From positions 64,001 to 128,000 of the forward strand of contig JBBISH010000002.1 of assembly GCA_037441385.1 (NCBI GenBank): DNA of 64,000 nucleotides. Reading direction: 5' to 3'. This document shows positions 21,981 through 31,378 of this stretch, one piece after another. The notes under the pieces were generated by a model. That model made no database searches and had not been told where the DNA came from. It saw only the letters and a list, made by a program, of their open reading frames with translations. Numbering within the stretch: position 1 is the stretch's first letter; each line of letters opens with the position of its first letter. The translations under genes were made by a program, and so were the position numbers. Origin of the DNA: Myxococcales bacterium. Its GTDB lineage: Bacteria; Myxococcota_A; UBA9042.

Positions 21981-24089
21981 TCAATCGCGCGGGCGGATTT
22001 GCTCAAAGTATCGGCGAACCAGCGCTTTGCGCCCAGCCGGCAGGCCTTCTTTGTCCACCATTTCTTCCGCGACCTTGCTGTAGTCGACGTAGACGTCGCG
22101 CCAACCCCGACGCGAGAAGCCCTTTTTCGCCGCCTCCAGGAACGTCTTTTTCACGTCCGGCCCGTCGCCGTGCTGGCCTTTGACCTTTTCGGTCCGCGCC
22201 GCCTGGATGCCGGGATCCTTGCCGCTGTCGCGTTGGTCGCCCTTGCCCGTGCCGGCCTGGCTGCCGCCCTTGCTGTCCTTGGAGCCGCCCTGGCGCTGCT
22301 CGTAGCCGTCGTTGATCAGGTCGGTACGCGACTTGCCGCCCAGGCCGCGCTGGCCCAGTTGGAAGCCCCGCTTGCCGCCGTTGCCCTGGCCCTGGGCGTC
22401 TTGGCCGCTCTGCCCGTTTTGCCCGGGCCGGCTGCCGCTACCCGCTTTGGCCTTGCCGGCCTGCCCAGGCTCACCGCTACCGGCCTTGCCCAGACGCCCT
22501 TGACCCTCTTTGGGATCGCCCTCTTCGCCGTCCTCCTCAGCCTCTTCGCCCTGCTCGCCGCGCTGGCCACGGCCGGCTTGCTTGTCGCCGTCGCCGCCGC
22601 GCGACAGGCCCTCGCGCACGTCGCGCAGCCGCTCTTTGCCCATCCGCTGGGCTTGCCGCGCCTTTTGCTCTTCGTCTTGCCGCCGCAGTTCGCCGGCCGC
22701 CTGGCGCATGGCCTCGCGCATGGACTTCTGCGCTTTCTTGTCGCCGTCCTTTCCTCCCGCCTGCTTGTCGCCTTGGGCGCCGTCTTTGCCGCCCTGCGGT
22801 TTGCCCTGCTCGCCATTTTTGCCCAGGCGGCTCTGCCCCTCTTGCTGCCGCCGCAGTTCATCCGCCGCCATCCGCGCTTGCCGCTCGAGCCGCTGCACTT
22901 GATGTTGCGCCCCCTCCACGTCGCCCACTTCTTTGCGCAGCTGCTCCAACTCGTGGCGCGCCTCTTGCAGCCGGCGCTGCTGCTCTGGATTCAAACCGCC
23001 CTGCTCGGCGCGCTGCTGCTCCAGGCGCGAGACCTTCTTGGCCAATTCCTTCAACTTCTCGGGCACCTTGGTGTTCTTCAACGCGTCGGCGAACTTCTCT
23101 AGCGTCTTGCGCCACTTCTCGACGTCTTTGTCCGTCAGCTCCTTTTCAGCAAGCTTCTCCAGCACTTTGGCCATCAGACCCAGGTCACCTTGCTCGGCCG
23201 CTTTCTTCAGCTCTTCTTTGACCTCGCCGTCTGGCGCCTGGTCCAAGGCCTTTTGCGCCGCATCCGCAACGGCCTGACGGGCGGCCGCATCGCGCTCGCG
23301 CTGCGCTTCGTCAGCCTCTTCGCCATTCTTGTCGCTGCCTTGCCCGGCAGCCGCGTCGTCGTTTTGCGGTCGGGAGGCCTCCAGGGCCGCAAGCTGCTCC
23401 AACGCCTGCCGTTTGTCGATGCGCCCCTCTTGCACGGCCTCGACCACCTGGCGCAGATCGGCCAGCCACTTGCGGGTGGCCGGGTCGTCGACTTGGGCTT
23501 CCAGCTCGCGGAGCAGTCGCACGTCGGCGGTCAGCAGTTGGGCGGCATCGCGGCCAAGGGCGTCGCGCGCACTGGCAAAGCCTGCGTGCCTGCTGGGCAT
23601 TTCCGGGCTCACCGCCGCCGCATCCCCGCTCGGCGCCCCCTCGGGCAAGGGGACGCCAACGCTGCTCACCAGCAGCGCTAGGGCCGCCACATTGGCGAGC
23701 ACGGGAACCCGCGGCCACGGCAACAACTTGGCCACCGCTAGCCCGCCGGCCACCTGGGCCGCGCGCTGCACTTGAACCTCGACCCAGCCGTCGCGCCGCG
23801 TCTGCGCCTGCAGCCAGAGCGCCGTGGCCAGCGCGTCGTAAGTACCTGCCAACCTGTCCAAGAGTTGCGCGACCTGCTGGGGCGTGCGCCGCTGCCACAC
23901 GGCCCAACCCAACTGCGCGGCTGCGCACGTCGCCAGACCTAGAATCGCCGCGTTGTCCCAGGCTTGCGGCCACAGGGCCAGCCGAACGGCCAGCAGCCAG
24001 ACCGCCACGGTCGTCAGCCAAATCGGCGTGCTGCGGGCCAACCGCTGCACAAAGGTCTGCCACCAAAGCCGGCGCTGGGCCTGACCCAC
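21981..24089 (-). CDS. Membrane-anchored coiled-coil, Gly/Gln-rich protein of MoxR clusters
   Basis: N-terminal TMs, long coiled coil, Gly-rich region, C-terminal AEEMVDKEGLPAGRKALVRRYF; start uncertain. Confidence 0.75.
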   Translation of the reverse strand: MGQAQRRLWWQTFVQRLARSTPIWLTTVAVWLLAVRLALWPQAWDNAAILGLATCAAAQLGWAVWQRRTPQQVAQLLDRLAGTYDALATALWLQAQTRRDGWVEVQVQRAAQVAGGLAVAKLLPWPRVPVLANVAALALLVSSVGVPLPEGAPSGDAAAVSPEMPSRHAGFASARDALGRDAAQLLTADVRLLRELEAQVDDPATRKWLADLRQVVEAVQEGRIDKRQALEQLAALEASRPQNDDAAAGQGSDKNGEEADEAQRERDAAARQAVADAAQKALDQAPDGEVKEELKKAAEQGDLGLMAKVLEKLAEKELTDKDVEKWRKTLEKFADALKNTKVPEKLKELAKKVSRLEQQRAEQGGLNPEQQRRLQEARHELEQLRKEVGDVEGAQHQVQRLERQARMAADELRRQQEGQSRLGKNGEQGKPQGGKDGAQGDKQAGGKDGDKKAQKSMREAMRQAAGELRRQDEEQKARQAQRMGKERLRDVREGLSRGGDGDKQAGRGQRGEQGEEAEEDGEEGDPKEGQGRLGKAGSGEPGQAGKAKAGSGSRPGQNGQSGQDAQGQGNGGKRGFQLGQRGLGGKSRTDLINDGYEQRQGGSKDSKGGSQAGTGKGDQRDSGKDPGIQAARTEKVKGQHGDGPDVKKTFLEAAKKGFSRRGWRDVYVDYSKVAEEMVDKEGLPAGRKALVRRYFEQIRPRD

Positions 24090-24263
24090 GGCGCGGCGGA
24101 CAACGGCAAGCGGCTGAGCGATGGCGGGGTGGGCGTGCGTGGCGTCAGGCTCCTTGTCTGGCCAGTGTCCAGTGCGTTGGCTGCGCGATCAAGCCTTCAA
24201 CGCAGCAGCGCGGCCGGGTGTTCCCGCGGCCTGCGACTTGGACGCACCAGTTGCGGTAGAGAT

Positions 24264-27248
24264 TCAGCGCCGGGCGTGGCGTTTGCCCGACTTGGCCGCC
24301 GGGGCCGGCGCATGGACACGGGACTTGGCAACTTTGGCCTGGACGGGTGCGGACTTGGCGGCAGCCGCATGAACCTTGAGAGGCGTGGCCGCCCGCTTGC
24401 TGCCCTTGCTCTGGGGCGCAGGGCGCAAAACCGCGCTGACCAAATGCGCTTTTTCGCCGCGCTTGGCCGCCGAGCCTTTCGCGCTCCCTTTGCCGGCCAC
24501 AGGGGCGCGGTCGGCCAGCACCTTGGCCAACTGCTCGGCCCGGTGCCGCTGCTGGCGACTCTCTGGCTTGCTGGCGGCCACCGCCTCGATGGCTTCGGCC
24601 TCGACCGGCGCGGCGCGCTGGGCGGCCTTGGCCACGCCCGAGTTGGCACCGCTCCCGCCACTCTGACCGGACTTGGGCTCGGTGGCGGGCTCGTCGCCAG
24701 TGGGCACAGCTTTCTGAGTTAAACCAAGGGCATAGAGTGGTTCGCCGTGGTACAACGCCCGGTAGGTGGCGATGCTGGAGGTGACGCGCTTGGCGTAGTC
24801 GCGCGTCTCGCGGAAGGGGATGGTCTCGACGAACAGGTCCATCGGCCAGTCGCCGCGCTGCTTGCGCCATCGGCCCACGGCGCCGCCGCCAGCGTTGTAG
24901 CCGGCCGCCATTTGTTGCTCGCGCTCAAAGCGGTCGAGCAGGCGCTTCAAGTACTTGGCCCCCAAGCGAATGTTGACGGCGGGCTGGCGCAAGGTGGCCT
25001 CGTTGGCGTCGACACCCAGCCCCTTGGCCATCTCTTTGGCGGTGGGCAGGATCAGCTGCAGCAGGCCAATGGCGTGGGCCGACGACTCGACCTTGGGGTT
25101 GAAGCCCGACTCGCTGCGGCAGATCGAGTAGAGGATCGACGGGTGCAGGTCGAATTCCTTGGCGGCCGCCTGCATCAAGTCCGAATAGGCCCGCGGATAG
25201 GCCACTTCCCAGGCCTGCCGGTTGCCTTCGCCGGGGTAGGCGGTGGCATAAGCGCGCAGCACGTCGCGGCCGATGGCATGGCTGCTCACCCAGCGACCAG
25301 CCTCGGCATCTAGGGCCGCGCGGGTCCAAACCTTGCCCGGATCGCCAGACTGCCACTTCAGGTTGGCCGAGGTATCGCGCCCAAGCCCCGCCGCGTCCAG
25401 CTCTTCGCCGGCCTCGTCGTGCCAGCCCAGCTGCCCCAACAGACGGGCGCGCTGCACCCCGGCGTCGGCCAGCACGGCGTCGCTGACTTGCGGCCCGGCA
25501 GTGATGGTCCGATCGTCGATCACATCGGCCGGCGCCAGCTTGGCGTGCGCCTGGAGCTGCGCCATCGCCATAGAGGCGTAGTAGCTTAGAGGATGCCTGG
25601 TTACGACCCGCTTCCAGCGTTGTTGCGCCGCTTCGGACTTGCCTAGCTCTTGCAGCGCCCGCCCGGCAAAGTAGTCGGCACGGCCGCGGCCCCAATCGCG
25701 GTCGTCGTAGCGCACGTTCTCGCCGGCCTCGCCCTTGGGCACGGCATCGCGGTCGCGCACTTCAGCCAGGCGATCGAGCACCGGCAGGGCGTCTTTCCAC
25801 TTGTTGTCGATCATGCGCTGGAGAGCCACCCGCCACAGCGCCACGTCGACCATGTCGCGTTCGGCGTAATCCTGAGCAGCCACAGGGCCTTGCTTCTCCA
25901 AGATCGCCAATGCGTCCGCGCTGCCAAGCACCGCCAGCAGGGACTTGGCCTCTTCGCCGTCCAAGCCCGAAAGCCCTTGATCGATCGCCTGTTGCAGCGG
26001 CTTCTTGGCCTCTGCCTTGCCCTGCAGCGCTAGCGCCCGGCCCGTGCGGTACGCGACATCGCCCTTGCCCAGCGGGGCCTCGTCGACGATCAACGCGCCC
26101 ACCTCGGCGTCGCCGCCGCAGCCGTCCAGTTTCTCTAGCAGAGCCAACGACTTGTCAAACTCAGCCCGCCGATCGCGGCACTTGGCCGCCCAACTGGTGG
26201 CGTGGCAGCGAACCGCTTTGCTGACATTGGGTTGGGCCGCCAGGGCCTCTAGCGCCGGCATCGCCCGGGCATAGCGCCGCCGTTGCGCCGAATACACCAA
26301 GGCGTCCAGCACCGCCGCGCCGTCCTGGGGCCGATTCTTCAGACGGTTTTGCCAGGTCGTATCGCTACTTCCCAGCAGCAGGTCCACCAGCTCTTCGGCC
26401 GCAGCCGACTTGCCGGCCTTGGCCAAACCCTGCCGCAGCAGGTCCATGGCTTTGTCGTCGTCGCCGGCCGCCAGCGCGGCGCGCACCCGCTCGACCAGCA
26501 AGCGCTTGCCCAAACCGGTGCCGATCGGCGCGTCGATCGAGGCCAGAAGCCGGGCGGCTCCCTCGCGATCTCCGTTGCGGCGCAGGGCCTTGGCCTTGTA
26601 CAGCAGCAGGCCCGGCTCGGCGCGATCGCCCACCAGCGTGAGCGCGACCGACGACAGCCCGGCCTCGTCCGCACGGGCGACGATCCACCGCAACACCGCA
26701 ATCCCCAAGGCTGGGTGCGCCGACGCCTGCCGCGCCATCTGCAGGGCGCCCGCGCGGTCGCCGCTGAGCCAGCGTAGTTGGGTCAAAAGCATCGCCAGCC
26801 GCTGCCGCTCTTCGCTGCGCTTGCTGGCGTCCAGCTTTTTCCATGCCTCTTCGGCAAGTTTCAGCGCTTCGGGCAGCTTGCCTTGCTGCCAGGTCTTCCA
26901 GGCCGCCAGCGGCTGTGCGGTAGCGAAGGGCTCGGGAAGAGCACCCAGCGGCTGACCCAGCGAAAGTTCGGCCGGTTTTTCGGGCGGCTGCCCCTCCAGC
27001 GTCCACTCGCTGGGCAGGTCGGCCTGGACCGCGATACCCAAGGCCCCGGCCCATTGCTTCAGCAACGGCGGCGGTGTGGGCCCGCGACCGCTGCTGAGCC
27101 ACAACGCGGTGGCGGCGAACACGGCAATCAGAATGGCAAAAACGACCGCGCCCCAACGCCAGCCCCCCGAACGGGGAGCCGCGCCAGGGGCGGGCGAAGT
27201 ATCCGACGACTTGGACGCCGCGTGCTTTGGCGGGCGGCGTGAGGTCAG
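24264..27248 (-). CDS. Soluble lytic transglycosylase (Slt-like) with TPR-like helical region; start uncertain
   Basis: AYPRAY, RSESGFNP, AIGLLQLI, NIRLGAKYL, AGYNAG, ETIPFRETRDYAKRV; N-terminal TM; Ala/Lys-rich tail. No in-frame ATG/GTG/TTG between 27339 and the TM, so CTG at 27248 was used. Confidence 0.85.
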   Translation of the reverse strand: MTSRRPPKHAASKSSDTSPAPGAAPRSGGWRWGAVVFAILIAVFAATALWLSSGRGPTPPPLLKQWAGALGIAVQADLPSEWTLEGQPPEKPAELSLGQPLGALPEPFATAQPLAAWKTWQQGKLPEALKLAEEAWKKLDASKRSEERQRLAMLLTQLRWLSGDRAGALQMARQASAHPALGIAVLRWIVARADEAGLSSVALTLVGDRAEPGLLLYKAKALRRNGDREGAARLLASIDAPIGTGLGKRLLVERVRAALAAGDDDKAMDLLRQGLAKAGKSAAAEELVDLLLGSSDTTWQNRLKNRPQDGAAVLDALVYSAQRRRYARAMPALEALAAQPNVSKAVRCHATSWAAKCRDRRAEFDKSLALLEKLDGCGGDAEVGALIVDEAPLGKGDVAYRTGRALALQGKAEAKKPLQQAIDQGLSGLDGEEAKSLLAVLGSADALAILEKQGPVAAQDYAERDMVDVALWRVALQRMIDNKWKDALPVLDRLAEVRDRDAVPKGEAGENVRYDDRDWGRGRADYFAGRALQELGKSEAAQQRWKRVVTRHPLSYYASMAMAQLQAHAKLAPADVIDDRTITAGPQVSDAVLADAGVQRARLLGQLGWHDEAGEELDAAGLGRDTSANLKWQSGDPGKVWTRAALDAEAGRWVSSHAIGRDVLRAYATAYPGEGNRQAWEVAYPRAYSDLMQAAAKEFDLHPSILYSICRSESGFNPKVESSAHAIGLLQLILPTAKEMAKGLGVDANEATLRQPAVNIRLGAKYLKRLLDRFEREQQMAAGYNAGGGAVGRWRKQRGDWPMDLFVETIPFRETRDYAKRVTSSIATYRALYHGEPLYALGLTQKAVPTGDEPATEPKSGQSGGSGANSGVAKAAQRAAPVEAEAIEAVAASKPESRQQRHRAEQLAKVLADRAPVAGKGSAKGSAAKRGEKAHLVSAVLRPAPQSKGSKRAATPLKVHAAAAKSAPVQAKVAKSRVHAPAPAAKSGKRHARR

Positions 27249-27339
27249 CTTGCCAAAGAAAAGTGCTGCAGCAAGCGGATCGGGGGTGCCTGCGTTCCCG
27301 GCCGCAAAACCAGCGGCGGGGGGCCAGGCCAGGTCCGAA

Positions 27340-27501
27340 CTAGCGGATGGTGGGCAGGCTGAAGTGCTCGCCCAAAGCCGCGGCCAGCTTCTTTTCGGAC
27401 TGGATGCGGTGGGCCTTGGCCTGCTCGCGCTTGCGCTGCTGCCCCATGGCAGTCTTCTTGGCCTTGCGGATGCGCTTGACGACTCGGGTCGGGGAAGCCA
27501 T
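27340..27501 (-). CDS. Small highly basic protein (53 aa)
   Basis: MASPTRVVKRIRKAKKTAMGQQRKREQAKAHRIQSEKKLAAALGEHFSLPTIR; strong G/C third-position bias, weak GAG RBS. Confidence 0.7.
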   Translation of the reverse strand: MASPTRVVKRIRKAKKTAMGQQRKREQAKAHRIQSEKKLAAALGEHFSLPTIR

Positions 27502-27867
27502 GGTGAACTCACTAGGTAAGGCGCGATGTCGGTTGCCGTTTCGTGGGCAAAGCTTGCAAAGCGCGTCTGCAGTGGACCGCAAGCCGTTGCCGTGCTGGCG
27601 GGCCGTTTGGTCGAATCGATATTCAGGTCGAGGTGCCGGCCAGGGCCAATTCGCTGAGAATTGACCGCGACGGGGGCAGTACGATGCCAGAACGACCACA
27701 GGACGTCAAGGTGTTTCTGGATGGAGAGGGGGAGACGTTCGCGCAACAGGGCAGCGAAATCAGGGGCCATCGGAGCTAGCGACAAGCTGTTCGAGGCGTG
27801 CACTGGCCCCCCGTCTCGCCCGGCTGCCCGCGACCCCAGGTAGGGCCGGAGGGCAGCCGCGGCTCGT

Positions 27868-28146
27868 TCAAATCCGCTTCATCCGCGCGATGATCGAAGC
27901 GCGCCGGCCATCGTCGACCCGCTGGTTCTGCAGCATCGCCAACGCCCGCTGTTCCATTTCGGCCAACTGCGCCGCCACTTCGGGTTGCTCAGCGCCGCGA
28001 AAGGACAACACCGCGTCGTCCGGGGCGGCCACGCCATAGCGCATGCGCAAGACGTTTTCTTCCTCGGCGCTCAGGTTCGCCTGCCGCAGGGCCCGGTCGA
28101 ACTCCGCGCGGGTACGCACCAGCGTCTCGGTTTTGGTTCTGATCAC
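27868..28146 (-). CDS. Small protein (92 aa) with a sigma-70 region-4-like motif
   Basis: GGAG RBS plus GTG; LSAEEENVLRMRYG...AEMEQRALAML resembles the LxxRExxVLRMRFG...IExKALxKL flanks of region 4. Confidence 0.65.
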   Translation of the reverse strand: MIRTKTETLVRTRAEFDRALRQANLSAEEENVLRMRYGVAAPDDAVLSFRGAEQPEVAAQLAEMEQRALAMLQNQRVDDGRRASIIARMKRI

Positions 28147-28349
28147 AATGCACTCCACATGCTGGCCCAGCGCCAGACTGGTGGGCACCGCGCAGCGATC
28201 GCCGCCGCTCGGGCCACCACTCCAAGGTACTTCGGCCCAGCGGTTTCGCAAATTTTTTGTGCAATTTGTGCGATCTAGACCGTTGGCCGGTGGTTATTTC
28301 CGCCTTCTCTCGGCGCCATGCCCACCTAGCGATCGCGGTTGACCGTGCG

Positions 28350-29642
28350 CTACCGCGCCTCGCCCGGCTCGCCCAGGGCCCGCAGCAACAATTGTTCCAA
28401 GCTGGCCTGCGGCAGACCGGCCAATTTCGCCGCCGCCGCCGCGTTGCCCCCGGCGCGCTGCAGCAAGCTCTGGCAGTAGGCCCGGTCGAACTGGGCCAAG
28501 ACCCGTGTCCGCGCCTGACTATAAGCAATCTCAGGCACATCCGGGGGCCGCTCGCCGCTCGCTTCGTCCGCGGGCGTGCGCACCGCCAATTCCGCCGGCC
28601 GCGCGCTGGCCATTTGCGCCGCGCGTTCCAGGTGCCGCCGCAGCTCGCGCACGTTGCCGGGCCATGGGTGCGCCAGCAACGCCGCCATGGTGTGGTGCGA
28701 GATGATCAGGGGGCGCGCGTCGCCTAGAGCTGCCTGGATTTCGTGCAGCAAGACGTCGACCAGCAGCGCAATGTCGTCGGGGCGGTGACGCAGCGGAGGC
28801 AGGGTAACCCGGCGCAAGCGCAGCAGAATCTGGGCCTGCTTGTGCAGCCGACCTTCGCGCGCGGACTGGTCCAGGGGCACGGCCAGCGTCACGAGCAGGC
28901 GGGGCGGCTGCGGCCCGGAACCCTGCACCAGGTCGAGCAATTGCGGCTGGTGGGGCGCCGGCAGCTCGTCGAACTCCAGCAGCAGCAGACTGCCTCCAAC
29001 CGCCTCGGCGATGGCCTTGCGGGCGGCAGACGTCAGATTGCTGGGGTCCAGGGTGCTGCAGTCCAGCTGGACCAACGGACCGGCGGCGAAGTCGGATCGT
29101 GCGTGGACCGCGCGGGCCGCGGCGCGCTTGCCGGTTCCGGGTTCACCTTCAATCACAACGGGTTCGCGACCCGCACACAGATCGGCCAGCCGGGCAAAGG
29201 CCTCGCGCATCTCAACACTTTGGCCCTGCAGCGAGCCAAACTCGCTCTCGCGCGAAAGGCCGATTTCGTGCAAGGCGGCTTGTTGCTCGTACTGCAGTTC
29301 GGTCTGGCCCAAACGCAGCGTCGCCGACGCACCCGCCGTGATCTCGCCCAAGCGCGACCCAGCAAACCACGTGCCATTCTTGCTGTTCAGGTCGATGACG
29401 CGGTAGCCCGAGCGGTCGCCGACGATGCGCAAGTGGTGGCGCGACACGGACGGATCCGTCAGCACCAGATCGCAGTCAGGGCCGCTGCCAATCACGATCG
29501 CGCGCCGCGCAAAAGTGGCCTCTAGCCCGGCATCGGGGCCGCTGACGACCCGCAGCCGGAACGTCGGCAGGGTGTAGCGCTCCGCGTAGGTCGCAGCGCT
29601 CAGGCTAAGGCCGCTCAGGGTCAGGGTGTTGAGCTCGGTCAT
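28350..29642 (-). CDS. FHA domain + degenerate sigma-54-activator AAA domain + HTH
   Basis: FHA (DPSVSRHH, DLNSKNGT), Walker A GEPGTGK, LPPLR.R.DD, WPGNVREL, Fis-like HTH; no GAFTGA; ATGA overlap with the kinase stop. Confidence 0.88.
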   Translation of the reverse strand: MTELNTLTLSGLSLSAATYAERYTLPTFRLRVVSGPDAGLEATFARRAIVIGSGPDCDLVLTDPSVSRHHLRIVGDRSGYRVIDLNSKNGTWFAGSRLGEITAGASATLRLGQTELQYEQQAALHEIGLSRESEFGSLQGQSVEMREAFARLADLCAGREPVVIEGEPGTGKRAAARAVHARSDFAAGPLVQLDCSTLDPSNLTSAARKAIAEAVGGSLLLLEFDELPAPHQPQLLDLVQGSGPQPPRLLVTLAVPLDQSAREGRLHKQAQILLRLRRVTLPPLRHRPDDIALLVDVLLHEIQAALGDARPLIISHHTMAALLAHPWPGNVRELRRHLERAAQMASARPAELAVRTPADEASGERPPDVPEIAYSQARTRVLAQFDRAYCQSLLQRAGGNAAAAAKLAGLPQASLEQLLLRALGEPGEAR

Positions 29643-31342
29643 GGTTCGCCGGTCGCCGGGCAACCTTCGCCCAGGCACGCACCCAGCACGGTGCGCTCTT
29701 CGCCGTCTTTCAAACCGGTGACGCGGATGACCCGCCGGGCCCCGCTGCCAGGATCGACCACCGTGACCACGTGATCGCCAGGGGTGACGCGGACTTCGTA
29801 GCGGTCGCCCCCTGCCAGGGGCCGGCGCAGTTCACCGTCGACATGCACCGTACACGCCACCGGAAGCACCCGCATCCGGATGAGTGCCGTTCGCTCTGCT
29901 GGCTTTTCTTTGCCCTTGGGCGCCTTGGCCAAAGGTGCTTCGGGTTCAACCGCGGCCGTGGCCGGCGCCGGGGGCTCCGTGGCATCCGGTGCGATGGCCG
30001 CCAGCGCGGCAGTTGGCGTTGGCGCGCGAGCCGGCGCGGCTGCGGGGTCGACTTGCGCACCCGCGGCAACGGCCAAGGCTTGGGCCGGCGGCGCTTCGAC
30101 GACCGCCACGGGCTGGGAAAGGCCCGTCGCATCAGCAGACGGCACGGTCCGATTGCGCTGACCCATCCAAAATCCAATGGCAATCGCCGCAGAGAGGACC
30201 GCGACCCCTAGCGACACCCAGCGCTTGCGCCAACGCCGCTTGGGGCCCGTCCCCTCGTCGCGCGCGCTGGCCGCCGCCACCGCCACCACGTCCAGGCCGG
30301 GCAAGCTGAGCGTGCCGGTTCGGTCCGACGGGAGTTCGCCCTCAGCCAGCCCCAAAATTCCGGCCAGGGTGGCGTCAAAGCTGCCCCGCTGCGCCTCGAT
30401 GTGGTCAAAGGCCGCCGCCAGCTCGCTGGCCAACAGCCGAGCCGGCGAGCCAACTTGTTGAGCCACCAGCAACTGTTCCCCGGCCGAAGCGACATCGCCC
30501 GCGTCTTGGAAACGCTGTTCGGGATCCAGCCGGGTCAGGCGTTCGATCAGCGCGCGCACGGGCTCGGATACCCCGCGCGCCGCCAGGCTGGCCATCCGCT
30601 CGGGCAGCTTGCGATGGGCGACGTCGATGTCCTTGGGCTCGCTGACGTCCATGGCGCGCTCGCCGGTCAGCAGCTCAAAGGCAAGCAGCCCAAGGGCAAA
30701 CAGGTCGGCGCGGCCGTCGACGGGGCGCTGGCCGGCGGTCTCGGGGCTCAGATACGGCAGTTTGCCGCGAAGGGCGCCCGGCGACAGCTTGCCCAACACG
30801 GCAGCGCGGGCCACACCAAAATCGATGAGCTTGACGTGCCCGTCGCGGCGCACCATCACATTCGATGGCGACACGTCGTGATGCACCACCCGCAGCTCGC
30901 GCCCATCGGGGCCCTTGCGGTGCTGGGCGTGCTCCAGGGCGCGGGCCACAGCGACCACCACATGCAACATCGCGCCTTCGCTCAGGTTCAGCCGGCCGTC
31001 GCGCGTCGGCAGGGCCCGCAGCAGCGCCCGCAAGTCGGCGCCGTCCACGTGCTCCATCGCCAGCCAAAAGGCCTCGCCGTCCTGGCCGATGTCCAGAATC
31101 TGAGCAATGTTGGGGTGATCCAGGGCCTCGAGCAGCCGCCCCTCGGCAATCAGCTGGGCCACCAACTGGGTGTCGCTAGCCAGTTCCGGCCGCAGCACCT
31201 TGACCACCACGCGCTTGGCAAAGCCAGCCGCACCGCCGGCCTCGGCCAGGTACACCTCGCCCATGCCGCCGCTGGCCAGCCGTCGCACCAGGCGATAGCG
31301 TCCAAGCTCCAACGGCGCTGGCGGAAGAGGGGGCACGGCCAC
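29639..31342 (-). CDS. Transmembrane Hanks-type Ser/Thr protein kinase
   Basis: GGMGEVY, VVVK, HHDVSPSN, DFG, GKLPYLSPE, DLFALG; TM then Pro/Ala linker and PEGA-like end. Confidence 0.93.
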   Translation of the reverse strand: MAVPPLPPAPLELGRYRLVRRLASGGMGEVYLAEAGGAAGFAKRVVVKVLRPELASDTQLVAQLIAEGRLLEALDHPNIAQILDIGQDGEAFWLAMEHVDGADLRALLRALPTRDGRLNLSEGAMLHVVVAVARALEHAQHRKGPDGRELRVVHHDVSPSNVMVRRDGHVKLIDFGVARAAVLGKLSPGALRGKLPYLSPETAGQRPVDGRADLFALGLLAFELLTGERAMDVSEPKDIDVAHRKLPERMASLAARGVSEPVRALIERLTRLDPEQRFQDAGDVASAGEQLLVAQQVGSPARLLASELAAAFDHIEAQRGSFDATLAGILGLAEGELPSDRTGTLSLPGLDVVAVAAASARDEGTGPKRRWRKRWVSLGVAVLSAAIAIGFWMGQRNRTVPSADATGLSQPVAVVEAPPAQALAVAAGAQVDPAAAPARAPTPTAALAAIAPDATEPPAPATAAVEPEAPLAKAPKGKEKPAERTALIRMRVLPVACTVHVDGELRRPLAGGDRYEVRVTPGDHVVTVVDPGSGARRVIRVTGLKDGEERTVLGACLGEGCPATGEP

Positions 31343-31378
31343 AGCGACACTCGCGGGCCCATTGGCCCAAATTCGCAG

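Noticed and set aside
27249..27803. N-terminal extension of the 1179-aa Slt ORF
   Set aside because: Low-complexity translation overlapping the better-supported 53-aa gene and its upstream region
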